A stretch of DNA of 64,000 nt from Mobula hypostoma. Taxonomy: Eukaryota. The stretch spans positions 8,308,001-8,372,000 of the forward strand of contig NC_086097.1 in NCBI RefSeq assembly GCF_963921235.1, in the 5' to 3' direction. How positions within the stretch are numbered: the stretch's first letter is position 1; every line of letters begins with the position of its first letter. Below the pieces are notes generated by a model that was not told the origin of the DNA, searched no databases, and was given only the letters and a program-made list of their open reading frames with translations. The position numbers and the translations under genes were made by a program. This document shows, piece after piece, positions 37,569 to 50,829 of the stretch.

Positions 37569-40500
37569 TGATGTCAGTCCAGGTTCCGGGTATTGAGGAA
37601 TCTGATGGCTTGGGAAAAGAAACTGTTACATAGTCTGGTTGTGAGAGCCCGAATGCTTTGATGACTTTTGCCAGATGGCAGGAGGGAGAAGAGTTTGTAT
37701 GAGGGGTGCGTGGGGTCCTTCATAATGCTGTTTTGCTTTACAGATGCAGCGTGTGGTGTAAATGTCTGTAATGGCGGGAAGAGAGACCCCGATGATCTTC
37801 TCAGCTGACCTCACTATCCGCTGCAGTGTCTTGCTATTCACGTTGGTGCAATTTCAGAACCAGGCCGTGATGCAGCTGCTCAAGATGTTCTCAATACTCC
37901 GGCCCTTCTTGAACACAGCTTCTGTGTTGGTGCTCCACTCAAGACAGCAGTGCAGGCTTAGTATTACTAAAGTCCATCTCCATATCCCTTTGTCTTACTG
38001 ATGTTGAGCTGCAGATGATTCAGCTTGCACGATTTAAAAAAATTCTCCACCAGGGCCCAATATTCATCCTCCTGTCCTCTCTTTATGCATCCAACTATTG
38101 CTAAGTCATCAGAGAATTTCTGCAGATGATACGACTCAGTGTTGTATCTAGAGTTCGAGGTATACAGGGTAAACAGGAAAGAAGTCAATCCAGTCCCCAG
38201 TGGGGCCCCGGTGCTGCTTATAGCCATGTCTGACACACAGCTCTAAAGCCACACAAACTGGGGTCTGCTGGTCAGATAGTCTACTATTCAGGATACTATG
38301 GAAGTGCCAACTAGCATTGAACAGAGCTTTTTCCCCAGCACAGAGGGCTGTGTGGTATTGAAGGCATTTGAGAAATTAAAAAACATGATCCTCACAGTGC
38401 TGCCCTGCTTATCCAGATGGGAGTAGGCTCTGTTCAGCAGGTAGATGACTCCAATGTCCTCCTGGTAGGCAGGCTTCAGGGGATCAAGGTCTGATCTGAC
38501 CAGGGGTAGGAGGTGAGCCAGGTCCAGCCTTGGTCCAGGTCCAGGGTCTTCATGATGTGTGAGGTCATGGCCACTGGATGGTAGTCATTCAGGACTTTCG
38601 GTTGGCCCTTCTTGGGTACTGGGACACACAGTTTCCACATAGTCGGTACCCTCTCCAGGCTGAATGTCATATTGAAGTGCTGCTGGAGGACTCCACACAG
38701 CTGCTCAACACACTCCTTCAGAAGCTTGGGTTTCACGCCATCCAGTCCCAATGCTCTACCATGTTAATTTCCCACAGCCCTTCTCTCCTGCTCACTTGGG
38801 AAGGTGAGCAAATGATGACTGGGGAGTTGGTGGAAGGTGGGGCCTAGGAAGGTAAAGATTGGGACAATGGCAGTTGGTAAATGGAGGTGTGGATGGTAGG
38901 TGCCGGGCAAAGGAGGGGATGTAGACAGTGGTAGCCTGTGTTGTTCATCCACGATTTGAACTGGAGGGGAGAGGGGAAGGGAGGGGAGGGAGGGAGGAGG
39001 GGAGGTATTGGTGCTGAGGGAACATTGGATGCCTTGGCAACTGGATTGATGTGCTGAGAGGAGGGTAATTGGACAGGAGGGTAATTGTCAAATCTGTTGA
39101 AGAATTAAATTAAGTCATTCGCCCATTCACGGCTGCATTCTGAGGCTCTACAGCGAGGCTGACTGAAGCCAGTGATGTTCCTCATGTCTCTCCACACCTC
39201 CCGTGAGCTACTCTGCCCAAGCTTGTTCTCCAGTTCTCTGGTGTATTCCTTTATAGCCACCTTGATCTTCTCCTTAAGCTCCCTCTGCACATGTTTCAGT
39301 TCCTCCCAGTCTCCTGATCTAAAGGTTTTCCTTTTGTGGTTGAGAAGAGCCTTAGATCACAGGTGACCCATGGTTCGTTGTTAGGGAAGCAACAAACAGC
39401 CCTTGATGGTATTACAGTGTCCACGCAGAAGTTGATGTAGCCAGTGAAGCAATCAGTAAGTCCTTTAATGTCCTCCCCATCTAGTTCACAAAGCACATTC
39501 CAGTCAGTAACCTCAAAGCAGCTCTTCAAGGCCTCAATGGCCTCTGGAGACCATTTCTTTGCTGTTTTGTTGGTAGCTAGCTGTTGCTGTACTTTGGGCT
39601 AAAACAAGGGAATGAGGTGAACCAGGTTCTGATCTAATCTTCGAAGTGACCCTAGCGGCATTACAAGAGTTATCAGTCAGCATTTAACTCAACTCCAGTT
39701 CGGGATTTTTTCTTGGGTTTTACTTCTGAAGGCTTACTCATGAGTGGGCAGCAGAGATTTGAGATTAGAGAATTCTTTCTCCTAGATGAACTTCAACCGT
39801 AGCCCCATCTGCACAAAGCGATTGGTTTTAAGGCATCGGTAACCCACCTTTGCCCCTTCTCCCATCAGTAGAAATGGTTCTATTGGGCTTAGTAGCTAAG
39901 CCACATGTGGACGCATGATCTGGACTTGGTTGAGTTGATTGTCAGAGGCTATTTGAGATGCACTCGAATGGGAGCTTTTAATAGGTATTGGGAGTTTATC
40001 CCCACTACACCCCCTCCCTCTATGACAATCTTACAGATCACCCTCTGGTCCTGCACTGCACTTTCTCTGTCGCTGTTACACTTTATTCTGAATTGTTATT
40101 GTTTTACCTTGTTCCAGTTCAATACACTGTGTAATGATTTGATCTGTATGAATAGTATACAAGACAAGCTTGTCACCACATCTTGATATTTGTGACAATA
40201 ATAAACCAATTCCACTTCTATTTCCAAAGATGAGTTCTATTTCCTACTACCAATCTTTCCTAGTATAATAGGAACGTAAGAAACAGGTGAAGAAGATGGC
40301 TACAAGTCTCTCTGAGCCTATTCTACCAGTAATCAAGGATTTCGCAGATGGTCAGCTATATGGTTTGGTGCCAGTGTCCCACTATTCATCATCTGGAGCT
40401 AAGATTCCACACCTGGGTTCCAGAGACCCCTCAGTTAATGGTAACGGTCCGTGGCATAAAAAAGTTTGGGAACCCCTCTTCTAGAACAATGATTTAGCTG

Positions 40501-41471
40501 AGAGGACCAAATTTTCCTAAAAGATCCCTATATTTGTAATATTTAGAAATGCTATCAAACTCAGTTTTGCATGAATTCAACGACTGAGCCTCCAGAGACT
40601 CCACAAAGGATTCACTCCTGAATGAAGAAATCTCTTTTCAGTCCTGAGTGGCTTACTCCCTTATTTTGAGACAATGACTCCTAATGTTGAATTCAGCTGA
40701 TGTAACTTCTGCCATGTATCCAGCATATTTAGCCTTTAAGACTTTAACATTTTTCAATGCAAAGTTGTCACTTTCATCGAAAAGAAAATATAAACCTAAT
40801 CTGCCCAATGTCTCCTCAATGAGCTAAACACCAAGACTGGAACTAGTTTAGTATATCTTTCTTTACTCCCTTCCATAACAAGCATATGTCATTTTTTTTG
40901 GTAATTAAGACAAAACTAAGCACAATATTTCAGGTGAAGCCTGTCTAGGCTCTCGACAAATGTAGGTGTAAAAAAAACATCTTTATTCCTGCACTCAAAT
41001 GCTCTCACAATAAAGGCTCACATTTCAAGATTCAGGATTGTTTAATGTCATCTGTGGATTTTCCCTTGTTTGTGAATCTTTCCAAGGTATTCTGTTCTTA
41101 CGTTACAGATTCAAGGGTTTTCCCCACTACTGCGTTCATCTGATAGGTTTTCATTCTCTCATTGCTTAAATAGTGAACTGCATTAACTAGGGGAGTGAAT
41201 TTAAGATAGTGAGAAAAATATTCACTATCTCGATGTCACCTCTTCCAAAGCAGTACATGTAAATCACTGAGTCCTCAGGATTTTTCATTATTTCAATTTC
41301 AAATTTAAATTCAAATTGAAGTTTAGTTATTTTTCAACCATATGAAAATACTGCTGAACAAGGCAGCGTTCCTCTGGGGCCAAGGTGGAAAACATACACC
41401 GGACATTCAAAAGAGCAAGATAAAAAATATTTTTACACAAAAAACACATAAGTAGCCCAAGACCCTATCGA

Positions 41472-41832
41472 TGTGTCTTGCATATTGATGGTACAGTTCC
41501 TGGCAGTGCGCAGATCAGTGAAAAACACCAAGAATATGCTGAATTAAAAGAAGAAATTGAAAGACTATGGAATATGAACAGAGTACTCATTGTACCGATA
41601 GTAATGTTTGCAACTGGTGTCATCCCAAAGGCACTACACAATAGCATTAAAAATTAGGGCTGCACAGTAATATCTATGTAAATCTTCAGAAAGCCAAAAT
41701 ACTAAACACCACTAGAATAGTCCAAAACTTCCTAGCGATTAACAAATGAGTGTAATTTAAAAACGCAAACACGAGGACAAATGAGTGTGTTTAGCTATAC
41801 CCGCACCTCAGATCTTACCAGCTTGAGCTGAG
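41472..41832 (+). mobile_element. R4/Dong-like (RLE) non-LTR retrotransposon 3' fragment
   Basis: My translation from 41472: CVLHIDGTVPGSAQISEKHQEYAELKEEIERLWNMNRVLIVPIVMFATGVIPKALH, an RLE-type C-terminus (ID.TVP...EK..KY..L). Confidence 0.78.
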
Positions 41833-42599
41833 AAAAAATAAAAATTGCAATGATAAAAATAAATAAATAAGCAATAAATATTGAGAATATGAGATGAAGG
41901 GTCCTTGATAGGTTGTGGGAGCTGTTCAGTGATAGGGTGAGTGAAATTGAGTAAATTTATCCCACTGGTTAAGGAATGATAAGTGTTCCTGATTCTGGTT
42001 CCTGAGGCTCTTGAACCATTTTCCTGACAGCAGCAGCGAGAAGAGAGCATGGCCTGGATGGAATGGGGTCCTAATGATGGATACTGCTTTCCTGTGACAA
42101 TGTAACACGTAGCTTAACAATGGGGCAAGCTTTACCCGTGATGTTGAGTCATTTCCTGTGCTCTGAGTCCTGGGCTAAGCTTTTTGTAACATCTAAGTTT
42201 TGTATGTCAGGATGTTAAAAGACAAATGCACTCCTGTGGTTACCAGTGAACTAATCAAGCTCCTCCACCTACACAGAGTGTTGGCCTCTCCACCCCCGAC
42301 TATCAAAGGGCAGGAGAGTTTGTTTTCATAGCTCTGTCATAGCACAGTAATGCTTGTCAGTCATGCCTTCATCACGGCTATGATTTGTGTTACGGGGCAA
42401 AGCAGTTTTAAGGTAAAAACCTGCCTTCTAAAAATAATAATTAGAAATTGTCTACTCTAAACTGACAGCTCTGTTTCTATTTTACAGGCCATTGAAAGGG
42501 GTAATAAACTGCATTTTGTGAGACTAGTACTAATACTTTTCCAAGTGAATGTTTATTTTCTTCTGGTTACCGGCATTCAAAAATATTTTTTTCATAAAT

Positions 42600-43110
42600 A
42601 TCAGAATGAGAGTCAGAATCAGAATTGGGTTTATTATTCTGGCATGTGTCGTGAAATTTTTTAGCAGCAGTACCATGCGGTACTTGATAAATATAGAAAG
42701 AAAAGAAAGTTGTATATCAATTACAGTAAGTGTATATATATATATATACATAAAATAGATTAAAAATAGTGCAAAAACAGAAATAATAAAAAGTGAGGTA
42801 GTGTTCATGGGTTCAATGTCCATTCAGAAATCAGAATGTAGAGGGGAAGAAACTGTGCCTGAATAGCTGAGAGTGGGTCTTCAGGCTTCTGTACCTCCTT
42901 CCTGATGGTGACAATGAGAAGAAGGCGTGTCCTGGGTGATGGGGGTCCTTAATAATGGATTTCACCTTTCTGAGGCCCTGCTCCTTGAAGACGTCTTGGG
43001 TACTACGGAGGCTAGTACACAAGATGGAGCTGACTAATTTTACAACTTTCTGTAGCTTCTTTTAATCCTGTGCAGTCGCACCACCACCACCCCCTCACCC
43101 CATACCAGAC
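42600..43110 (-). mobile_element. Rex1/Babar-like 3' fragment
   Basis: SIIKDPHHPGHAFFSLSPSGRRYRSLKTH; (CAGAAT)n tail on + strand. Confidence 0.8.
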
Positions 43111-44088
43111 AATAATACAACTTGGTATGCTGTGAATATTTCCCTGTGAATTTCTCAAGCTTCACAAGAAATGATTAGTTTTAATTTATTATTTTATTTC
43201 ATTTGAAAATACAGCATGGAAGAGGCCAGCAACCCACCTATTTAACCCTAAGCTAATCACAGGGCAATTTACAATGACCAATTAACCTACGAAATGCTGG
43301 AGGAAACCGGGGAGAGCGTACAGACTCCTTACAGATGGCACAGGAATTGAACTCCAAAATCCAATGTCCCCGATCTGTAATATTGCCTCGCTTCGTGCAA
43401 AGCTATGTGATGCATAGGTTTAGACACAGTGGTTAGTGCAACGCTATTACAGCTCAGGGCGTCAGAGTTCAAACTTCAATTCTGAAAGTTTGTGTGTTCC
43501 CCTTTTACCGTGTGGGTTTCAGTCATATGGTGATACAGCTGGGAGAAATGGCTAGGCTCTGAGTGTTGGAGTTTGGAGTTCAATACTGGCGTCTTCTGTA
43601 AGCAGGTTTGTATGTCCTTCCCATGTGCACAAGGGCTTCCTCTGGCTGCTCCAGTTTCCTCCCGCAAACGAAAGACACACTGATTAGAAGGTTAATCGGT
43701 CACTGTAAATTGTCCCGTGATTAAACTTGGGTTAAGTAGGTGGGTTGCTGGGTGACGCTGCTTGGTGGGCCTGACGTTCACCTGAAGGTCTGTGCTGTAT
43801 CTCTAAATAAAGTAAAATAAAAAGAAAGATTGATTTAGCAATTAATATTGACAGGGAAGACAATCCTGTTTTCCTTTCCCACTGTAACAACCTGCTAAAC
43901 ACATTGGTTCATAGTCCATATTGCACTTAGGCAAACATTATGGGTTCATTATGCCATATTTGCAATCCCAGATGTAATCTATTCATCAGATAAACAGCAA
44001 GCTACAGATGAACCGTGATCAAAGGTATTATTCTCGGTTATCAATCAAATTGTTATATACCCTCAGTACATTGAAACGTTTCCTGTAG

Positions 44089-44115
44089 GAAATCTTCTGG
44101 TCCTCCTTCGTTTAG
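44089..44115 (+). other. Candidate 27-nt microexon or recursive splice site
   Basis: cctgtag|GAAATCTTCTGGTCCTCCTTCGTTTAG|gtgagt in unique sequence. Confidence 0.35.
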
Positions 44116-44264
44116 GTGAGTATCTTTTAATTCAGTTGCTGCTTACACTAACTTGTTAATCTGGGAGAGAAAAAAGAGATCAGGAGGGAATTAGAGCTGG
44201 CAAACCAAAGGAGCTGGCAAATATCCTGATGAAGGGTCTCAGCCCAAAATATCGACAGCTCTCA

Positions 44265-45180
44265 GAATCAAGTTTAATATCAGTGCATATGCCTTGAAAT
44301 TTGTTGCCTTTGCAGCAGTAGTACAATACAACGTATAATAATAGAATAAAAAACAAACCACAATTTACAGTGTATATACATATATGAGTTAAATTAAATT
44401 AGTGCAAAAATAATTTTTTTTTAAATTACTGAGGTAATGTTCATGGGTTTAATGTCCATTCAGAAATCAGAAGGCAGAGGGGAGGAAGCTGTTCCTGAAT
44501 CAATTAGTGTGGGTCTTCAGGCTCCTGTACCTCCTCCCTGATGGTAGCAATGAGAACAAGGCATGACCTGGGTGATGGACGTCCTTAATGATGAAAGCTG
44601 CATTTTTGAGGCATCACTGCTTGAAGAAGTTCTGGATACTATGGAGGTTCGTGCCCATGATAGAGCCAAGTAAGTTTACAACTCCCTGCAGCTTACTTCA
44701 ATCCTGTGCAGTAGCCACCAGCACCTCCACCCACCCCCATGCCAATACCAGATGGTACTGTAGCTAGTTAGACCGCTCTCGATGGTACAGTACATCTGTA
44801 GAAATTTGCGAGTGTCTTGGGTGCCAAACACCCAATTAAATACAGTCGCTGTCATGCCTTCTTTGTAGCTGCACCGATATGTTGGGTCCCAGAGATGTTG
44901 ACACCTAGGAACTTGAAATTCCTTGTTCTTTCCACTTCTTATTTGTCTATGAGGACTAGTGTGTGTTCCCTCATCTTACCCATTACGAAGTCCAACATCA
45001 CTTCTTTGGTCTTACTGACTTTGAGTGCAAGGTTGCTGCGACACCACTCAACTAGCTGATAAATCTCACTCCTGTATGCCCTGTCATTACCCTCTGAAAA
45101 TCTGCCAACAATAGTTGTATAGACATCAAATTTATAGATGGGATGTGAGCTGAGCCCAGCCACGCAGTCATTGGTGTAGG
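44265..45180 (-). mobile_element. Rex1/Babar-like LINE fragment
   Basis: AYRSEIYQLVEWCRSNLALKVSKTKEVMLDF; same 3' UTR as 42600-43110. Confidence 0.8.
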
Positions 45181-46335
45181 ACTGTTATTCCTTTCCAATA
45201 ATGTTTCATGACCTACTGAATTCCTCCAGCATTTTGTGTGTGTTACTGCCAAATGTCCCAGCAGTATGGAAACTAAGGGCCCAAATTTCAACCTGCCAGA
45301 GAAAGAGTTATGTACAACTGACCAATAAAAAATGGAGCAGTTGACGATACTTCTCTTCATATTGATCAAAGGGCTTACAGTCTGCTGCTGTCCATATTGA
45401 GTAGTGTCAAAGTTTCTGGTCCTGGAAATAAAGCGTGGAAAAATATTGTAACAATTAAGGGGGCTATATTAAGTAAACTACATAATTGCAAACTAACAAA
45501 GTTGTCATTTAATAGGCTTGATGCTTAATCCTCACTAGATCATAAAGTATACAGTACAGAAATAGACCCTGGAGTTCACAGAACCCACAGCCTCCATGAA
45601 ACACTAATTTAAATTCAAAGTTCAAAGTTCAATTTACATTTATTATCAAAGTATGTATATCATATACGACCTTGAGATTCGTCTCCCGACAAGCAGCCAC
45701 TGAACAGAGAAACCCAGTAAAACCCATTAAGAAAACACCATCAAACACCCAATGTGCAGAAGAAAAACAAATCATACAACCAATAAAAAAAAGCAAGTAA
45801 CGTTTAAAAATGAAGTTCACAAAAGTCAGTCCATAGCCACAAAGCCAGTTATCACTGCAGTTGATTCAGCAGCCCATTAGTTGAAGGCCATAGCCTTAGT
45901 TCAGTACAGAGATGAATAAACCTCATGATGGGCGAGCTGATCTGGCCCATCCCTCAGCTCTGGCACCAAACACCTTGACCATTTCAATCTGGCCCAGTGC
46001 TTATATCGTCCAAGCCTCAGGTCATTCCTCACTCTTGGACGCGGGCCCTGCTATGTCAATAAGTTCTCAGATCTGGGCCCATTGCCTGGATTTGCCCCAT
46101 ACAATTCAATTCAACCCAGCACATAAATCGATCAAACCTTTGGGTCTTTCCTTGTTTTCAGGACCAGGTCCACTGCCTCGAATCTGCATTGCCTCTGCTT
46201 GCCTCAGCTTGGTTCTGCACATCGAATCACCTCCAAGTCCATTCCAGCAATGGTCAGGTATTGGCTCATTCCCCATCTAAGCCCCACTGCCTCGATTCAG
46301 CAAATACATATGAGGCTTTTATGAAATGTTTAGGT

Positions 46336-47262
46336 AGAACATAAGAAATAGGAGGAGGAGTAGGCCATCCGGCCCATCGAGCCTGCCTCGCCATTCAATA
46401 AGATCATGGCTGATCTGTCCGTAACTCAGCTCCATCTACCTGTCTTTTCCCGATAATCCTTAATTCCCTTACTATGTAAAAACTTACTGTACCAAGCTGT
46501 TCCTTAAATATATTTAGTGTGGAAGCCTCCACTGCTTCCCTGGGCAGAGAATTCCACAGATTCACCACCTTCTGGGAGAAACAGTTTCTCCTCATCTCCA
46601 TCCTAAATCTTCGCCCCTGAATCTTGAGGCAAGCTCCCTAGTTCTAGTCTCACCTACCAATGGGAACAACTTTCCTACTTCTATCTTATCTATCCCTTTC
46701 AAAATTTTGCATGTTTCTATAAGATCCCCTCTCATTCTTCTGAACTCCAGAGAGTACAGTCCCAGGCGACTCAATCGCTCCTCATAGGTTAACCCCTTCA
46801 TCCCTGGAATCAACCTGGTGAACCTCCTCTGCACTGCCTCCAAAGCCAGTATATCCTTCCTCAAGTATGGAGACCAGAACTGCACACAGTACTCCAGGTG
46901 CGGCCTCACCAGTACCCTGTATAGTTGCAGCATGACCTCCCTGATCTTGAATTCAATCCCTGTGGCAATGAAGGCCAACATTCCGTTTGCCTTCTTAATA
47001 ACCTGTTGCACCTGCAAGCCAACTTTTTGCGATTCATGCACAAGCACTCCCAAGTCCCTCTGCACAACAGTGTGCTGCAATCTTTCACCATTTAAATAAT
47101 AATCTGCTCTTCTATTATTCCTTCCAAAGTGGATGATCTCGCATTTGCCGACATTGTATTCCATCCGCCAGACCTTGGCCCACTCACTTAACCTATCTAT
47201 ATCCCTCTGCAGACTCTCCATGTCCTCTGTACAATTTGCTTTTCCACTCAGTTTAGTGTCAT
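46336..47262 (-). mobile_element. Young 5'-truncated CR1/HER1-type LINE
   Basis: ORF 46592-47293 ([37 protein letters not shown]) plus 46404-46601 after a frameshift. Confidence 0.95.
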
Positions 47263-47549
47263 GAATGTGAGGAAGATAGAGGGATATGGTCATTGGGTAG
47301 ATAGGAGGGATTAATTATTGAGCGTATTTGATTTACTTTTTTAGCTGTTTTTTAGGGCCTGTCCTGTGCTGTACTGTTCTATATTCTATGTACACAATTT
47401 AACACAATCACCCTCTCCTCTGAGTCTTCAGTTCACTCTGCAGAAATGCAAGGTTGTACGAACTGTTCAAAAGCTCAATTCTGAAAGAGAAGTTACAGGC
47501 TGTTGATTGTAGTGATCATATCTGTGAAAAAGTGTGAGTAATACAGTCA

Positions 47550-47745
47550 ACAACAGGAATTCTGCAGATGCTGGAAATTCAAGCAACATACATCAAAGTT
47601 GCTGGTGTTCTAAACTTCTTCGGTGTAGGCATCACCGGAAGAGGTTCTGACGAAGGGTCTCGGCCTGAAACGTCGACTGCGCCTCTTCCTATAGATGCTG
47701 CTTGGCCTGCTGCGTTCACCAGCAACTTTGATGTATGTTGCTTGA
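47550..47745. mobile_element. Penelope-derived inverted terminal-repeat insertion with near-intact hammerhead (47643-47678, +)
   Basis: Perfect 29-bp inverted repeat 47579-47607 / 47717-47745; direct repeat TGAGTAATACAGTCA at 47535-47549 and 47743-47757. Confidence 0.88.
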
Positions 47746-48984
47746 GTAATACAGTCACTTTTGTTTTGTCTGCTACCAGCAAGTCATCACCGGGCTTCAC
47801 CAGTGTCATTTTAATCTCTAATCCCACACTAATCCCATTTTACTCTCCCCGTTACAGTCTGATGACCTTACTGTTTATTAAAATTAACGCAGAATATGTT
47901 TGGTGGTTAGGTGGGATGTGCAAACGCTAAATGAGACAAACTAGAGGAGTAAATATAACATGGAGAGATTTCAGAAGATGTGATAATAGGCCCAGCATTG
48001 AATGACGAGGGTGGAAAGTTGCTGAAAATCGCTTGCATGTAGCAGGCCACAATGGCCTGTGGGCATGGTTGGAAACAAAAGCTATATAATCACCCTGCTG
48101 GCAGTGTACAACTTCCACTGTGCAACCCACATCATCTGCCATCCTTTGATGACTGAGCTTTAAGATCAAAATATACTACCATATCTTCAGGGAAAAAAAA
48201 TGAGTGTTTAAATATAGCTGCGTTCAAATCCAAAACATGTTTCAATAATTAAATGGTCGCCGTTTGATTCAAGGATGACAAATGGAAAAAAAATGCATCT
48301 TCGTTTTTTAAATAAATTACTTACATTCGCAGATGAAGTAAAATAGAATGGAGTAGCCTTCATTAGACATGAATATCTGATGTGACTTATTGAGTACATT
48401 GCTGTCCTTAGCGTGGCTGAAATATGGACATTAAACTTAAGAGCTCAGACTGTTCTCATGTTCAAGGACCAAGGTCAGCAAAATTGCCCTCAATTTAAAG
48501 CTCAGCTGGACCTTGTGATCTTTGCAATTCTGGGAAGATAACAACAAGCCATAACAGTGTTGCAGAGGGGAAATGATTCCCTGCTGTCCACAAACCACAA
48601 ATCCAAACATATTTCAATAAAAGGCATCCTAACATGCCATATGGAATTAATCTGTTTGAATGATACATACGCCCCTAAATCAAAAAATAAAACGTTGCCA
48701 CTTGTCATAAAATCAAATGTAATGTTGCCCAAATGATTCACGGTTCATTTACCCGTATCTGTGCTGTGGTTGACTGCAATGGCAATTTGGCAGCTAATTT
48801 CAAATTAAACAAAAGTGCTATCTCAGACATCTAACATCATCTTTCCATAACCCTCATTTGAAGTACCTCTGTATATACGATATCTTTATAGCCAATGTAT
48901 TACATGCATATGAAAATCTAACAATCCTTCAATATATCAAGAAATTATTTCACATTGGCTGTTAAAGCTGTACCCAAACTCTTC

Positions 48985-49720
48985 TTAAGATCATAAGACC
49001 ATAACAGATAGGAGCAGAATTAGCCCATTTGGCCCATTGAGTCTGCTCTGCTATTTCATCATGGCTGATCCAATTTTCTCTCTCAACACCAATCTCCTGC
49101 CTTAAATATACCCAGTGACTGGCCTCCACAGCCAGTTGTGGCAATGAATTCTACAGATTCACCACTCCCTGGCTAAAGAAATTCTTCCTCATCTCCATTC
49201 TAAATGGATGTCCTTCTTGTTTGAGGCTGTGCCCTCTGGTCCTAGACTCTCTCACCATAAGAAACATCCTCTCCCCATCCACTCTATCAAGGCCTTTCAA
49301 TATTTGATAAGTTTCAGTTTCACTCTTCAGAATTTCAGTGAACAGGGGCCCAGAGCCATTAAACACTTTTCACACGACATGCCTTGCAATCCCAATATAA
49401 TTTCTTTGAACCCTCTCCATTGTCAGTGCATTCTTTCTTAGACAGGGGCCCAAAACTGCTCACAGTACTCAAATGAGGCATCACCAATGTTTTATAAAAC
49501 CTCAACAGTACACCCTTGCTTTTATAATCTAGTCCACTCGAAATGAATGCGAACATCACATTTGCCTTCTCTCCACCAACTTAACCCGCACAAGGACGCC
49601 CAAGTCTCTTTGCACCTCTGATTTTTGAATTTTCTCTCCATTTAGAAAGTAGCCTATGCTTTTATTTCTTCTACCAAAGTGCATGAACATAACTTTCTGA
49701 CAATGTATTCCATCTGAATC
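48985..49720 (-). mobile_element. CR1/HER1-type LINE 3' fragment
   Basis: YQILKGLDRVDGERMFLMVRESRTRGHSLK; FAFISSGLDYKSKGVLLRFYKTLV. Confidence 0.85.
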
Positions 49721-50477
49721 ATTATTTATCCCTTCTCAATAACTGTTCTTTTTAAGGACCAATTTCCAAAATCATCTTATCCTCATTTCTTTCAAAATAT
49801 ACATTTATTACTAGACACAATTTTGCTTTTATGAGACAAATCAATTCTTTATGTTCTTTGTTTCCACTCTAGGGTTACCCCTTGAATGATGTCCTTCCGG
49901 TAAGGGGGCGGTGAACTCAGATGTAACATCTTCTGCAGGGACAATCAAACGTGTTATTTTCTTTTGCAAACTTATTTTTTTTCTGTTTGTTGGACATTAA
50001 GAAGTTAAAGCACTGCAGGTCCACCCCATCAGTGAGTTGGTCATTGGTGGAGAAACTGAAGGAGCTGGAGTTGGTGCGGACGGTGTTGTTGCCTGCGAGA
50101 AAGGGATATTTTTGCATGGAGGAGGGGTGCAGTCCAGCAACAAGTGATTGCCTCTGTCTCTTTTATTGTGATTGTAAGATCCTGTTGGACATTGGTAAAG
50201 TGGAATACTGCAAGTCCATTTCACTGGCTCATTGGTGAATGGCGAGGTAGCTGCGTGGTCTTGGTCGTAGTGAGAACTAGCTGTTAAGCCACCGTGTTGC
50301 CTGCTTTCAGCTGTCCAGGAGAGAGGCACTGAAATCGGTGCTGGAGACAATGTGGCATGGTGTACATGCTGCAGTGTTGCTGCTGCTCGGCATTTTCACT
50401 CGGCAAAAGACAAGCTGCATTGTGTTCTACAGGGATTTGGACTATATTTTTTCTGTGACTGTATTATACTGCTACCT

Positions 50478-50630
50478 CAAACACGAGGAAATCTGCAGAT
50501 GTTGGAATTTCAAGCAACATACATAAAAATTGCTGCTGAATGCAGCAGGCCAGGCAGCATCTATAGGAAGAGGTACAGTCGATGTTTCAGGCTAAGACCC
50601 TTCGTCAGGATTGACGAAGTGTGTCCTGAA
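50478..50630 (-). mobile_element. Penelope terminal-repeat insertion with hammerhead motif (50577-50612)
   Basis: Reverse complement AATC-CTGACGA-AGGGTCTTAGCCT-GAAA-CATC-GACT; GCTACCT direct repeat at 50471-50477 and 50631-50637. Confidence 0.78.
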
Positions 50631-50829
50631 GCTACCTTATGTGTTTGCTGTATAATATGTGCTATATGTGCCTTGTGCTGTGTATGACTGTTGGTACTGT
50701 GTTTTGTACCTTGGCACCAGAGTAACACTGTTTCGTTTGGCTTTATTCATAGGTACTCATGTATGGTTGAATGATAATTAAACTTAAACATGCATTTATT
50801 GTAGCTGTAGTCTCATTGTGAGAGCACGT

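Larger units (their letters stand above)
33337..37897 (-). mobile_element. Second Rex1/Babar-like 3' fragment (33337-33594 and 37568-37897) with (AAGTC)n tail
   Basis: aagtcaagtcaagtcaagtcac tail; ORF 37626-37841 KTLQRIVRSAEKIIGVSLP. Confidence 0.8.
32790..39650 (-). mobile_element. Rex1/Babar-type LINE (outer element), split by insertions at ~33337-37897
   Basis: ORF 32926-33345 YFLRRLRSFSV..; continues at 37897-39650 with LQKFSDD, GAPLGT, VPVPKK..LNDYHPVAMTSHIMK, CFEVTDW..YINFCVD. Confidence 0.88.

Noticed and set aside
48670..48690. tttag|GGGC|gtatgt on the minus strand as a 4-nt microexon
   Set aside because: Not frame-preserving and easily produced by chance.
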